From assembly GCA_030704615.1 (NCBI GenBank), contig CM060733.1, forward strand, positions 38,316,001 to 38,380,000: a stretch of 64,000 nucleotides of DNA, read 5' to 3'. Made by a program: the position numbers and the translations under genes. This document shows, piece by piece, positions 40,950 through 53,918 of the stretch. Each line of letters starts with the position of its first letter. Positions within the stretch are counted from its first letter, which is position 1. The notes below the pieces were generated by a model, which was given only the letters and a program-made list of their open reading frames with translations, made no database searches and was not told where the DNA came from. Origin of the DNA: Takakia lepidozioides. Taxonomy: Eukaryota > Plantae > Bryophyta.

Positions 40950-42588
40950 CATTGGTTTAGAATCTGTAGAGCCTCTGTCAGGCTGTCTGCCGCACAAAGT
41001 ATCTTCACATGCCCAGAAATGTCAGAAGAGGCATTGTGGACTCCCTCTCTTGATCCTCTTTCAGAAGCTGTGGTCATGGTTGAGGTGCCTGATTTTATCA
41101 TCTGTGCCGCTGCAATAGCTGCCTTTAGTTTACCATCTACCCATGTAGGTTTCTTGTAGCTACTAACCCACATGGAATCAAGGTAATCTGGAGCTTGAAG
41201 TCCAACCCTCGTGGATGAATCTGGACCCACACTCTATCCCTGCTCCTTCCTAAACCCTAATGATGAGAGGGCAAAACAGACTGAAATAGGTTGAAGAAGA
41301 AGGTACAGGGAGCACAAAATCACTCCAAAACCACCATAGATCCACCAACGAGCTAACTTGCAGAATTCAACATGAAAAAATACGGACGACTCTACTACTT
41401 CCAACAACTATCCCCGCATGGCAGTGGGGCAAGGCCACATCAAATTCATTCTTTCTATTATGGGTGCTGAACACAACACACTTCTCTTCAAATGTACTCC
41501 TCAGAGCCTCAACATGCCTGCATGCTAACACTGGTGCATATCAATGATTCTATGGTTCCTCCTTCACACAACACAAAGTATGAATGCTTCTGATTGAGGA
41601 GCTTGCGACTTTGATTTCCTCTACATGAGACGGACAAAGAACAACAAAGGGCATCAAACGACAACAAAAAATTGTGACTCTCTGCCAATCACCTTTGAAT
41701 TAGTGAGAGGAGCCTATGTCCTTCACTTGCCAGACACTGCACCACAAGAGGTTTTCCAAAGAGCTCTTTAAACCTGCGGAGTTCTCCCATCACCTGCACA
41801 CAGCTGTCAGCACAACAAAACACATACCATTTAAAAAGATGTGGTTGTGCAAGGATACACCGACCTCTTTATCTTCTTACTAGCCTTCATTTACCAAGGT
41901 TCCCCACCAGAGGGAAACTTTGCATATAAAGTCAGTGCAATTGGGACATTCCTGAAAGCTAAAGAGAAATTTGCAAACACCAGATGGTCTAAGGAACGCA
42001 TTATAACTAGAAGAAAAGAAGTTTGCCACCTGATGAGGCCAAGCCATAGCTGAAACAGAGTTGTTTGCATTTTCTCTGACAGATGTTGCAAAGGAAGGTA
42101 GGAGAGAAGAGCAAAAGAGTTCCCGCAGTTTTAAGGCTATCTTCCCCTCTATTGGAAGCATCTTTTCCTCATACTCCACCAAAGCAGCCTACATCAGACA
42201 TACAACATGAATCTATCTGTAAATATTGGGCGTCCTAGAATGCTGCTCTGATGCCAAACCAAAATTATCGAACTCTTTGCATGCATCTTTCAGCACATGT
42301 ATCTGCTTTTAGGGTTTCACCTATACCTCGTTGAGAAAGCAGATAAAGATCTACATATTTTGTTAAATCGACTAGAATGAGAAAGTCTTTTTAGTCAATA
42401 CAACTTGTTACCACTGAAACAAGACTATGAGCCCTTAGAGTGAACAGGTGGGAGAAAGCAACCTTCCACAGACTCTCAGCAGTCGACGTGCATTCAAAAG
42501 GTCTCACAGTAGAGAAAGGTTGGAACACACGCTCAGCCAGTGAGCGCATCTCATTTGCAGAGACCAGCATCAGCAGCTTTTCATGTAC
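40950..42588 (-). pseudogene. Intron-containing internal fragment of the cytoplasmic dynein-2 (IFT dynein, DHC1b/DYNC2H1) heavy-chain tail
   Basis: Spliced exons give VHEKLLMLVS..RVFQPFSTVRPFECTSTAESLWK / AA.VEYEEKMLPIEGKIALKLRE / PHQ / VMGELRRFKELFGKPLVVQCLASEGHRLL, matching the recalled DYNC2H1 N-terminal region. No motor domain and no start codon in the window. Confidence 0.75.
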
Positions 42589-42898
42589 CTGTGCTAACAT
42601 TGTTTGTAACAGATTGTTCATTTTGATTTTCCACCCTTTGTAGCAACAAGGCTCAAGCACTGAAGGAAGGACATGCTACGTAAGCCGCTACAATCTAACT
42701 AAGATGAGGGCATGTCAGATGTCACCATGTACTCTTCTGATGCAAAACCTAGCTCTAGTCAGCAAGAACAGGTCTGCACTCACGCCACGTCACCCGAACT
42801 GTGGGCTCACGCCACCTCAGCAGGCGTGAGCGTACGCTCACGCCACGTCACCAATCTGTGAGCGTACGCTCACGCGCCAGGCTCACGCCGTTGCGTCG

Positions 42899-44900
42899 TT
42901 GGAAGAAGAGGAGCAGCCTGGGGCAATGGATGCTCCACCTGAGCAGCCCCTTCCACCACCCCCTGAAATGTCGTGGGAGGATTTTGAGAGTGCAGCTAAA
43001 AAAACGTTGGAGGAGACTCACAACGGCATTGGCAGAGTTCTCGGGAGCAAGGTGTTTCCTCATACCCTCAGAATTCCCCTCTGCCGAATGATCTCCCTCC
43101 CGATAGTGAAGCCACTCTCCTAGGGGATGTCGATAAAATGGAGTTCGCATTCCGAGATTAAGGCTATTGGGTGGGATCAGCCGCCTTCTACGTTTCCATT
43201 GAGAATAAGGAAGGTGAACCGCGTGGCCCGACAGTGTAAGAAAAAACAGCCTGGGGTCCCCACTGGTACACTCGAAAAACTGAATTCGAAAGAATGTTGA
43301 AGGATGATCCAATGTTCCGACATATGACGGGGAAAATGTTTTATGTTTGGGACGGGAATCACCGTCTTCTTGTATGGAGGGAGTACATCAAGCAGAACCA
43401 CCCCAAGGAAATCCATTGGCACTACGTGGACTGTGTGATCCTGATGTCAAAGCAAAAAACTCCTCCCTCTTGAAAAATGCTATAGCGGACCTCAACATGT
43501 GCAATTCTTCTTCCCATCCCAAATGAATCCTGAAATGCGGTGCCGCATTTCATTACCTTTGAGTTTCCGCATACAGAACGTCATTCACGTTTTGTATACT
43601 AAATTGGACAGTGGGCCTTTCAGGGTGACTGAAAATGCATATGTCCAAATCCATATGGCACATATGCTGTACAGGTTCAGGAAAACTGGTATGACTGATG
43701 TGTCTTCGTATGTGGATATCCTCGATGCAAAACTAATTTGGAAATCGGAGGCGAAATCAGATCGGACATAGTATCGGCTTAGCATGGATGCTCCTATTTC
43801 CCCACCGGAGCCCTTCTCCATTTTACTCTCTTCTGTGCAGATGAATTGAATCTATGGTTGGTGCAATTGCAATTTCAGCCAAATATCAAGTTGGATTTGG
43901 CCCATGCCAAATGTTTCTTCATGGAATATGATGACAAACCTAAAATAATGGAGGCACTGATAGGCTACCTGGCTGCTATTGGGATGAAGTCCAGAATCAA
44001 ATACAAGTCCAAACTTGTGAAGCTGGTGGCCATAGCAGATCCGGCTCTTGGAAAGGACTTTTTGCCAAGCATTATTCTCGGGCCATACACCCAACCATGC
44101 AATTGGAGAAACCGCATCACGTGTCAAAGGCTTGTGTTGATGCAAAAGAGATTAAGGTAAGGTTGGACTCTACTGCTTCTTCATATTCCGCAATAGCGAC
44201 TATACTTCCTCTTCCTAACATTGGCTAGCAAATGGCAGACAAGGTGGCTCTCAATCTGGAATGCGGCGAAAAATATAAGGAACGCGTGGTCTTTCCCAAA
44301 AGAAATCTCCGACGACAGCATCGATGGGTGGCTCAACCAGATGATCTGGTGGTTCCAGGTATTGCATGCAATCTGTAACTTCCCCTTCTTTTTCGCTCTT
44401 TTCTTTTCTTAGCACGAAAACACATAGCACGAAAGACTATGTGAATCATTTCAGAATTGCCTAGACAATGATTCCCTCTTCTTCATGGAACTCCACATAG
44501 CACGAAAGAGCGTGAAGTTCACATATCAGGAGGAGGCGGGGAAAGCTGCCATGTAAATTCTCTTCAGGTAAGCATTGACAACAACTCCCATGCAACTTTC
44601 TGGTTTTGCAAAAAACTTGTTATGATGACCTCCAGTGGGAAATGCGGCGCCGCATTTCTAGATTCTGCAGCGGATGATGCACTGCAGGGACAGTGTCGGA
44701 GAAATGCAAACACGACACTGCATTTCAACCGAATTTCTACCTCAGCCCAGAATTCGTTCTGCAGATATTTCGCTCTCCTAAAGCATCTGGTGTGTATTGC
44801 AAGTACATCAAATTTGTCCTCGTTGCGAGCGGGGCTCTCGCAAGGGAGCCCCCTTTTTCCTGGCTTGGAGGATTGCGGGCTCGGTCTCTATGTATGTAGC
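42899..44900 (+). pseudogene. ParB/Srx-like domain protein (TE-associated type), decayed
   Basis: IPLCRMISLPIVKP..DVDKMEFAF..GY..FYVS..FYVWDGNHRLLVW (DGNHR at 43351-43365), interrupted by a frameshift and stops; the 3' boundary is approximate. Confidence 0.6.
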
Positions 44901-45050
44901 TGACATTGTCAATTCCGAGCATCTTCGTGACTGCTCGTAGTACCTGGATACATCGCTCGGAATGTTGGACCCATGTGAGACGGAAATGCAGGTGGAGGCC
45001 AATAAACGGCAGAATCGTGCCCTTCCTAGGCTAATGCAGCCAGTGGAGGC

Positions 45051-45960
45051 CACTAGAAGGAAAATGTGAAATAACCACTGGTCCCTTTAACCACTTCTGT
45101 CTTTTATCACTCTATCAATCACTCACAGTAATGGTAATTAACCACTTGCAAGTGGTTAATCCCGATGAAATGCCACGGTGGCATTAAATGAAGACTGAAG
45201 TGGTTGGAAGTCCCACCCCCGAGCCTGGAGAAGTCACCTTCTATCGTTTGTATAGGGCACGTGAGATAAATGGGTATTTTGTAGGGGGATATTATTTTTA
45301 TTTTGGGAATTTTTTAGTACCCTATAATTACGTAATTTTGTAATATGGTGAATTTTTATATGCAATTTTAATTATATATTTTTTGTTTCAAACAAATAGT
45401 ATATACCATATATTAGTAATACAATTTTTTTTTCCCAAGATAATTGGATTTATTTTTTGGTTGAAATAAATTCATTTAAAGCATTCGCATCATCATCATT
45501 CAAGGTATAAACGTTCTGCGCTCTATCAAAAGTCATAGTGACTGAACTAATAACGTCTACATCTATCCACTTGTTGTCGGTATGATCATATTTGAGTTTA
45601 AATTGTCCACTAGATTTTGAGGAAGCTAAATACAAACATTTGTATCCTCCCCCTAAAAATACGTATATATTTTGGAAAATTTCCATAGGTATTTTATCAA
45701 CCCTATAGTAATCTTAAGAAAAAACTGTAATGAGTTATTATTTTAGACCCTATATTAATTTAAATTCCCTGATCACAATATAATGTACCCTTTATTATTA
45801 TTATTATTATTATTTCTAATTTTTATCTCTTCAAAATAAATTGCACCCTATATTTTTTTGCACATCGGTTGGAAATCCTTGGAAGTGACTTCCCCAGGCC
45901 CCCGAGAAGGGGCAGTAGCCGTGAGGCGAAGTGGCTCTTAGTCACGTTGGTTTCGGCTGG

Positions 45961-45996
<36 letters not shown>

Positions 45997-46397
45997 GGAA
46001 GTGGTTTCAACCACTAGCTATTCCACGTGTAATATTGTATTTTTTTAATTTAGGATTTATCATTTGATAATATAGATTTATAATAAATATAATATTCCAC
46101 GTGGACGGGTACAGTGGTAGATCATGAGTGGTTAAAGACACCACCTCAGTGATGGAAAGTGGTTGAAACCACTTGCTACTCCACGTGTGATAGTGTAAAT
46201 TTTTGTTGAGGATTTATCATCTGGAAATATATTTTAATTAATAAACATAATATTCCACGTGGACAGTGACAGTATACATAGATGTTGAGTGGTTAAAGAC
46301 ACATCAGTGAGTGGTACCACTTAGAAAGTGGTGGAGAGTGAGTGGTTAAAGACACTGAAGTGATTGGAACCACTCGGATGGTGGTCTCTTGTAAGTG
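45051..46397. mobile_element. Non-autonomous CACTA element
   Basis: Left end CACTAGAAGGAAAA; right end TCTCTTGTAAGTG (near-CACTA, 1 extra base); ACCACT/AGTGGT subterminal repeats in both arms; no 3-bp TSD match. Confidence 0.65.
45224..45898 (-). mobile_element. Non-autonomous P-like deletion derivative nested in the CACTA element
   Basis: TIRs CCTGGAGAAGTCAC / GTGACTTCCCCAGG (13/14); exact 8-bp TSD CCCCCGAG at 45216-45223 and 45899-45906; internal ORF 45450-45686 (YDHTDNKWIDVDVI..VYTLNDDDANALNEFI) homologous to the C-terminus of the 33199 transposase. Confidence 0.85.
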
Positions 46398-46398
46398 G

Positions 46399-48429
46399 TT
46401 ACATACACATCAGTGATTGATACCGCATTTGTGGTGATACATGAAAATGTTTAAGTGGTTTGTGCATCTGTGACAGACTTTGAAAAGAGTCATAGTATTC
46501 ACTCTCTGAATCACTTTGCTCAACTGGAATAACGGTAGGCTGTACAAATGCCGCTTGAATGGTTGCCAACACAACCAGCTCTTCTCTATTTAGAGCCGTG
46601 GCACTATGTAATGACCTAGGTATGGGCTGATCTGATAAGGTAGACGGTGCTTGCAGACCATCAAAATGTGCATTTTCTCCAATGTCACATTGATCTACGT
46701 CCGCCACAATTGTTTCTGCTCTTGGATCCTTCCGAAGGACTATCTTCCACTTCGAACCTGTTGACTCATCAGAAAAAAACACTTGTTCAACTTGAGAGGG
46801 AAAAATGAACGACTCTTCATCTTCGGGCAACATCCTCCCAAAATTCGCAAGAAGAAAACCATATGAATCCCTTTTCATTTTAGCATTTTCTCCAACGATC
46901 CTCACCCAAGCACAACGAAATACAATTGGGTGTACTCGCCCATAATCCAGTTTCAAGATCTCTTTGATGACCCCAACGTAGTCTAAAGGTGACATGACTG
47001 AATTTCTATCACGCACACTTGGATTTCTACTCTCTTGGTGAAAGATGGATCTGGAATCAAAAGAGACAAGAAGACGACTCTCCGTGTCGTCCATTCGATA
47101 ATGTTTTCTATATGCCTTCATCCCACAAAATGAGGCTGATCTCAACGAGGGGGGAGAAGACAAATGAACGAGATCCCTATCCTCAACAATATGCTCAGAG
47201 ACATGGGCCTGGAGCGCACGGCGTATCCATACCAGTAGGGGTCGAAACTCCATCAAATGGTTTGGGTATTGCACCGGAAGGTTGAGCTGACTTCGATTGG
47301 CATGTCATCCATGACTAAATGTCTCTCTGTTTGCTATGAACTGTGCCTTCCCTGTTGCATACTTCCTGTCACAAGATGACAAGAAGAATGACACGTTTTA
47401 GCAATGTGTTGCATTACTTGGCACCCCAACCTAGCATGACTGCTACTTTGAAAACCACAAGAAGAACCATTGGAGGAGTGAGCAGTATTTGAACATGCTA
47501 TTATAACAAAGCACTCACTCAGACATTCAGTTACTATTGAAGTGGTTATAATCACCAATGAACTACTGATACCAATCGACAATCGTGACTTTGTGGGTGG
47601 AATCATCCACTGGTGATAGTCAAAATTGAAATTTCACTTCATATGAATAAAAAGCAATGAAAGATTACATATACTCAGTTATGAACCTCATGGCCTCATC
47701 AAGAACATACCCTGCAGCCATACTCACTTCTGGCTTTGCTAAATTCCTAACATACCCCTCGAGACTTTCATGTAATGGTCCATGGGGTACATCCACCGTG
47801 AAGACACCAGACCACATGTGTCTAGTTCATCTACGAGGTGAACTAACAAATGGGTCATGACATCAAAGAAAGAAGGGAAACACTCTTTCTCTAACAAACA
47901 CAAGGTGATAACAACATCCTCACGTAACGAATTTATTTCCAAAGGGTCCCATACTTTGGCACAAATTCGGTGGAAAATGCGACTGACACGCATAATGACC
48001 CCACATGGGCCTGGAGCCATGCAATGGCGAATACACAGGTACAATCTGTTGCATTAAAACGTAATAATCATGGGACTTCATACTCGTCAAATGTTTCCTA
48101 GACGGGTGTATGTGTTTCTGAAATGCATTTGCAAATCCCGAAGGGATTTTGATAGCCCCCAAAGTATCAAGAAATCTCATGATTTCAGCGGGAGTGAGAA
48201 CATACGGTGCTGCTGGTTTCATGATACTTGAAGGCCTGCGTGGATCAGGGCGAAGCCACAAGTGCCGTCTGATGCCGACAACCTCCATGTCGTTCCTCAC
48301 CTTCACACCGTCCTTCAGTTCAAAAATTGTCTTCAATAAGTTTTCACAAAAATTCTTTTTGCAATGCATGGAATCCAATATGTAGCATTGCAAAAGATCT
48401 TGCAATTGGTGACACCATTTCAAGAACAT
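46399..48429 (-). pseudogene. CACTA/En-Spm Tnp2 transposase C-terminal remnant
   Basis: LDSMHCKKN, MKSHDYYVLMQ, FPSFFDVMTHLLVHLVDE..G.V..RWMYP, YVGVIKEILKLDY..VFRCAW and FIFPSQVEQVFF (DUF4218/DUF4216-type motifs). Confidence 0.9.
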
Positions 48430-49331
48430 TCAGACATAATGCAATCCAATATAATTCAAATTCCTTTATCCTCACCATATACATCCATGTATAAAGTGGC
48501 TGTGATGCATGACAGTCCTCGTCAGTATTTCAAACAACTTCTTTAGTGCATTTTAACCTCTCAAGTGATGTCAACAACTTCCTAAACATCATGGATACTA
48601 CCTCTTAACACTCCACGAGTTATTAATGCAGAATTCAAATTACATGCACTGCTATTTTACCACTCGTAAAATAAGAAGTAATCACTACAAGGGCACTACC
48701 TTTTCCATTTACAAAACCTCATTGGAGCTTCATGTAGAAGTCTAGCAAAGACACCTAAGGTTAGCACTTTGCAAACAGCCCTTCCAAATCTGCAGAGATC
48801 TATGCTTCCAACTATTTTTGCTGATAGATTTGCTTGTTCATGTCAACTAGGATTCTACCTTAATGTGCAAGTAAATATAAGTTCAGGTGAGAGATTGCAT
48901 ACTGTGGGAACATGTAATTTTAATGCCCTCCAAGTCATTAAGGAGACATTTACTTGTTGTGATACCTGTGAGTGGAAAGCAATGTAAAGATGCAGACCCA
49001 ACATTCTTGGCAGTTGAGGTAATGACTAGGCTCCGATATGATGCCCAGTTTTTTAACTTGTTTGTGGCAGTTATTTGGCAGAGATAGCGATGCTACGGCG
49101 TGAGCGTAGCGTGTGAGTGTATGCTCATGCCACGTTAGCGTGAGCCCGTATCCCGCCACGTCAGCATGAGTCCGCACCCTCGCCATGTCAGCGTGAGTCC
49201 ATATACCGCTACGTCACCTTGGGCCCACATAGAAAGTTACAGAAGAAATGATGCCTATACCCGAGGGGCCTATAAACGCGGACACCCTCCACACTTCAAA
49301 ATCCCAGCACCTCAAGGCATGCCAGTTGTCG

Positions 49332-49530
49332 GTAGGTCTGACATTGAATGAACGCCTACATCACGTGGTCGAAGATCAAATCAAGCATCGTGCAGGTTGT
49401 GGTGGGCCAGTAGATCTCCTCACCCGACAACCTACCAAGGATCGTAACAGTCTTGGGGGGGTCAAGTTTGGGGACATGGAGCGTGATTTCATGTTAGGCA
49501 TGGAGCTTAAGCTACCTTGCAAGAACGCTA
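49332..49530 (+). pseudogene. Fragment of an RNA polymerase second-largest subunit, NRPD2/NRPE2-like
   Basis: VGLTLNERLHHVVEDQIKHR..GPVDLLTRQPTKDRNSLGGVKFGDMERD..ATLQER. The TRQPxxDR and GGxKFG variants are typical of Pol IV/V subunit 2 rather than RPB2 (EGR..RFG). Confidence 0.7.
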
Positions 49531-50669
49531 CTAAGCGGTGGTCGAACAATCAGCATAGAGACCATTCTGCAAAGCGGAATCCTCAACCTCCCACCTACTA
49601 CAACCATGTGGTTGATTACAAGTTGCGAGTTCACTTTCTAGTTCTCCATCACCTGCGCGGCCTTGCTTTCATAGTATGCATCCTCCACATCTTTCTCCAT
49701 GTCCTCCGTTTGGACCTCCTCTGTCTCTACAGGTGGGTTATCGACAACCACTATCTGCATCTTCCCCTGCAATGTTGCGACAGACGGGTCAGTACCCGGA
49801 CTGCAGAGATGGTGTGCAGTGCTGGACACCACTTTCCTACATTGTTGTGAACACCAAACAGTAGCCTCCATCCTCCCCCTTCCAGTCAAATCACACATTT
49901 AGAGGGAGCTTAAACGGTGTGCGGCACCGCAGACCGTGGGTGCATTCTTCTCTACCCCTTTCAACACTCCATGGAACGTTCTCCATGAGCTTGATGGGGT
50001 CCCCAATTCAGTGTTTTTCAATGGGCAGAAAGGGTGTGCGGCACCACACACTGTTTTTCCAACCAACCAAGGTGGAAAAATAATAATAATAATAAATCCC
50101 CCTTTGGTCGGTTGGAAAAATGGCCGAGTTTGGTGTTTTTCAATGGGTAGAAATAGTCTGCGGCGCCGCACACTGTTTTTCCAACCTACCGGGAGAGAAA
50201 AAATAAAAATAAAATCCTCTACTGAACACCGTACAGTTGTCATTTTTTTTTGTTTACCCCCCACCCCCCGCGGAGAATTGAGGGCGTCAACGCACTCAAT
50301 TTCTTCATGATCATGTTTCTTGATGATCATAGACGACATCTACCCAAATACCGAAAAAATAAAATAAAAAATAAAAAAACTGATAATCGTCGACGATCAT
50401 CACGACATCTACCCAAATGTCGAGGGGGGGGGGGAAAGTATCCTCGGAAATAGGGAAACAAAGTCTCTGTAGAATGCATTTTCCTTCTGGATGTTACATA
50501 TCTTCGCGGATATAGGTGTGCCCCCACAGTATTAGGCCCAACATCTTCCTCGATTCCATCCGCGGCTGGGCTGGGCTAAGCTGTGCCCACGTGGCGTGAG
50601 CGTAGGCTCACACGCTCACCCGGCTAGGCTCACCCGGCTAGGCTCACGTGAAAGCATTCCCCTTGGCAG

Positions 50670-51872
50670 AGATAAGGACGATGGCATCCGACGCAGTGTG
50701 GTATCTGGCAAATATGTATGCATGTGCCTAACTTTGTGCTCTCATTATTTGCGGGTTTTAAAGTTGTTTCTCATATATTAAATTGGTCCAAAGCTCTTCT
50801 TATGATCTGCATTACATTGAAGAGTCTCATGTAATGATGCTTGACATGCTAAAAGATGTTCTGCTTGGGTGTAAAGTAAGGTCGTATTTGAACATAACCA
50901 GAGAGCGCCCCTAATTAGCTTCAAAAGAAAAGAACCTGAAGTTTGAAAACTGAAATGACAGTTATCAAGAACTTGCTTCTGAGCTAAATGTGTAAAGAAG
51001 GCTCAAAAGCATGATTGCAAGGTCAGTTTTGCTTCATTTGGAGGAATGCGGTTGTTATGTACGGGATCCATGAAATGCTATTCTAGTACCTGCTAGTATC
51101 GACTCTGCCAAGCACATTCTGACTAAATGATTAGGATTGAACAGGTCAAGGACTAGTATACAAATGAGGCCAAAACCGTGTAATTTTATTCAACACAGTT
51201 GTAACACCATGTCACCTCATGCTCATTAGTCTTATCACCAAACAACAGTTTATTTTAGCTGAACATTCCTTACAATAGCCATGTGCAGAAGACTCTGTAT
51301 CCATGACTGCATATTGCAGCTCTGAACTTGGTGTGCTTTTTACTTTGGTCTCAATGCACTACATAGATCCTAAGTAAATGTCAAGTGGCGTCGATTTTTA
51401 TTGGAATCTTGCCTAAAGGACCTTGGTGAAAGCCATTTATCCGTGATTGTCAGTTCTTCTCGCTTCAGCCTTTTCTGGGCATTATACTTGATGAAGTGAA
51501 GGACAAGTAGAGTGGCCGGTTAGCTGGACCAGCGGTGGATCTATAATTGCAGACTCATTCACTATGGTATAGTGAGGTTAACTAGTTGGTTCAGCTGTCA
51601 AGCATTGGCTTGGAAGTCCGGTTGCAAGATTTCTATCCAAAGACTTATAGCTGATAAATATTACAAATGAGATGCTTCTGGAATCAGGGCCATTCATGCT
51701 AATGGGGGTGGTACATGATTTCCCTTCAAAACTACTGAAACAGTTTGTCTTGAAGCAATGTCTTGAACCAGTTAGTGTTGGGGGGCTGCAGATTTAGAAG
51801 ACCAAGGAGGACAAACTGGCAGAAAGCAACCGCTCCGAGCTTCTCAAGTTCTTAAATGCAAGCTACGATTGA
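50670..51872 (+). pseudogene. 3' remnant (two exons) of a small uncharacterised protein gene
   Basis: Exon 50670-50715 gives DKDDGIRRSVVSGK and exon 51792-51872 gives I*KTKEDKLAESNRSELLKFLNASYD*; canonical splice sites, an in-frame stop and no 5' part. Confidence 0.5.
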
Positions 51873-52712
51873 GGAGCACTCATTTGAAAGTAACTCGGTT
51901 GTATGCACATACCATGGCTTTGGATGCGGAGGCATGGAACTTGGCATTTCTTATATCCTTGAGGACGTGTCTGTGGTTTGCGGGGAATTTGATCCTGATC
52001 ACCTATGTTTGTTTCACCTGGAAAAACAATGGGGAAAAGAAGTAGCTCTTGACACAACATTGATGGCCTCTTGGTATCAAATGTATTGTTCTAAGTAAAT
52101 ATAGAACCCACTGTCTGCAGGTTTTTGTCACTTGATGTACATATGGCCCCTACTTTTTGTTTCAACCTTGTGTGGCTCCAACCCCGAGAATGCAAAATGG
52201 ATTTAGTACAAATCAAATGGCCTCCTTAATAGCCTTGCAGCCCTGTGTGGAGTCAAACAGACCTGTGGAAGCTCGTCAAGCCCATAGAGTGATACCTGCA
52301 ACACTTGCTCAAAGAACCATACGTGGCATGGTTTCAATATCCTTAATCCTAGAAGACCCTGCTGGATGTGCTTGTGGCTAACTATCCAACTCGGTTCGAC
52401 CAGGTAATATTTTTTTTTCATCCCAAAGGCCATTGTGTAGGAGTCGTACAAAATCCAGTTATCTTAGTGTGCTTTCCCTTTAAAGATCCAGCTTCTCCTT
52501 TCAGGGAAGTATTTTAGTGGATAAATGTATGATGAACCCCCCTGGAAACATGCCATCGACTTTGCAGAGTTTCTCCTCCATCGGGCAAAACTGGAACCTT
52601 TGCTAAAAACCTTAGCTTGGGTTTTCATGTTTCTGCCGTGGCAGCAGCCCGACGAATACTTGGAAATATGTTACGTATTTGGTGATATACAAAAAATATA
52701 TATATAAGCAAG

Positions 52713-52879
52713 TAGGTAGCCCGGGATCCTAGACCCCGGGCCTAGGCTGTAAAATCTTCTTAGGAATGTATCCTAGGCTACATACATTCTTCACATACCC
52801 AGGCCCGGAACCCCGGATACGGAATATTCTAGGAATCTACCTGGGATATCGTTTTCTTCCCGGGGCCTGGGGTTACCTA
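52713..52879. mobile_element. Possible short MITE
   Basis: Imperfect TIRs TAGGTAGCCC / GGGTTACCTA with internal CCCGGG/CCTAGG repeats; no TSD seen. Confidence 0.45.
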
Positions 52880-53918
52880 ACATGCATGGCCGTTTTTGTA
52901 CTCGGTAAGCAGGATGGGCAGCAAGTTGGGGCAGCCCAGCCCACAACTAGACTCTTGCCAGCCTCCGACGCCTCCGACATTTAGCCTCATTGCATCAGCC
53001 TCATTGCATCTCAGTGGTCAATAGGATCAACCGAATATGTAAGTTTGATTCGGGCCCTGTTCATTCTAGAGTGGTCCAGGAATTACTGTGGCCCAGGAAT
53101 TAGAGTGGGGGGCTTATGTAGTTAGGCCACGTGGATTAAGGAATAAGATCAAGGGGTCCAAAAAAAGAACGGGCTAAATGGCCAAATTTAGATAGGGAGT
53201 CTTGTAGGGCTGACATATGTCCAGGACCTATATGTGCACCTATATGTGCAGGACCTTCTAGAGGCCCAGGGTCGGTGGGCTTCTAGAGGGGTCCCACCGT
53301 TCTGAGAGGGTATATAAGGGAGGGACCCCCTCTTACTACCTAGTAACTTACCTATTGCTTGGTTAACCTCATCTTTTGATATGTTAGGGCCTGGCCGCAC
53401 AGGGGGGTTGCGAGCCGGAATCGGCCAGCTAACCCCCACTTCCCGGGGGCCGCAGAGAGAATCTCCGTCGCGTAAAATACGGATCCTGTCGGGGGCATGT
53501 CGCGGATAATTTTATCGGAAATTTCGTTAGAATCGGGGGTTACCAACTGTACAGTTGGAGGTCCGTTTGCGGGAAATATCAAACTATCTGGATGAAAGTC
53601 GATGGATTCCACGCTCCGAGTTCTTCTATCATCGTGGGAACTTGGCATAGGGAACGTTGAGGCGGAGAGGAAGGCACAACGGCTTAGTGCTGACGCTTCG
53701 CAAGACTGCGAGCATCCAGATATGGGAGCTGGAGCTTGCAACAATGGAGTGGATAGAGGTTCACAAACTGCCTGGTGCGTCGAATTTTTGGAGCCTTTGT
53801 TATCTTTCACGCTGAGTGTCGGTTTGCGCCTTAGTGATCTGGTTTGTCTAATGACCAACTGCTGCTGCTGTATCAAGCAGTTGCCTCAAATTGGCATGCT
53901 ATACATGAGAGATAGAAT

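Noticed and set aside
50641-50656. GGCTCACGTGAAAGCA resembles bacterial parS
   Set aside because: Partial match built on a common G-box core; likely chance.
53038-53381. Solo-LTR-like segment (TGTAA start, TATA, short tandem repeats)
   Set aside because: No CA end, TSD, PBS or second copy found in the window.
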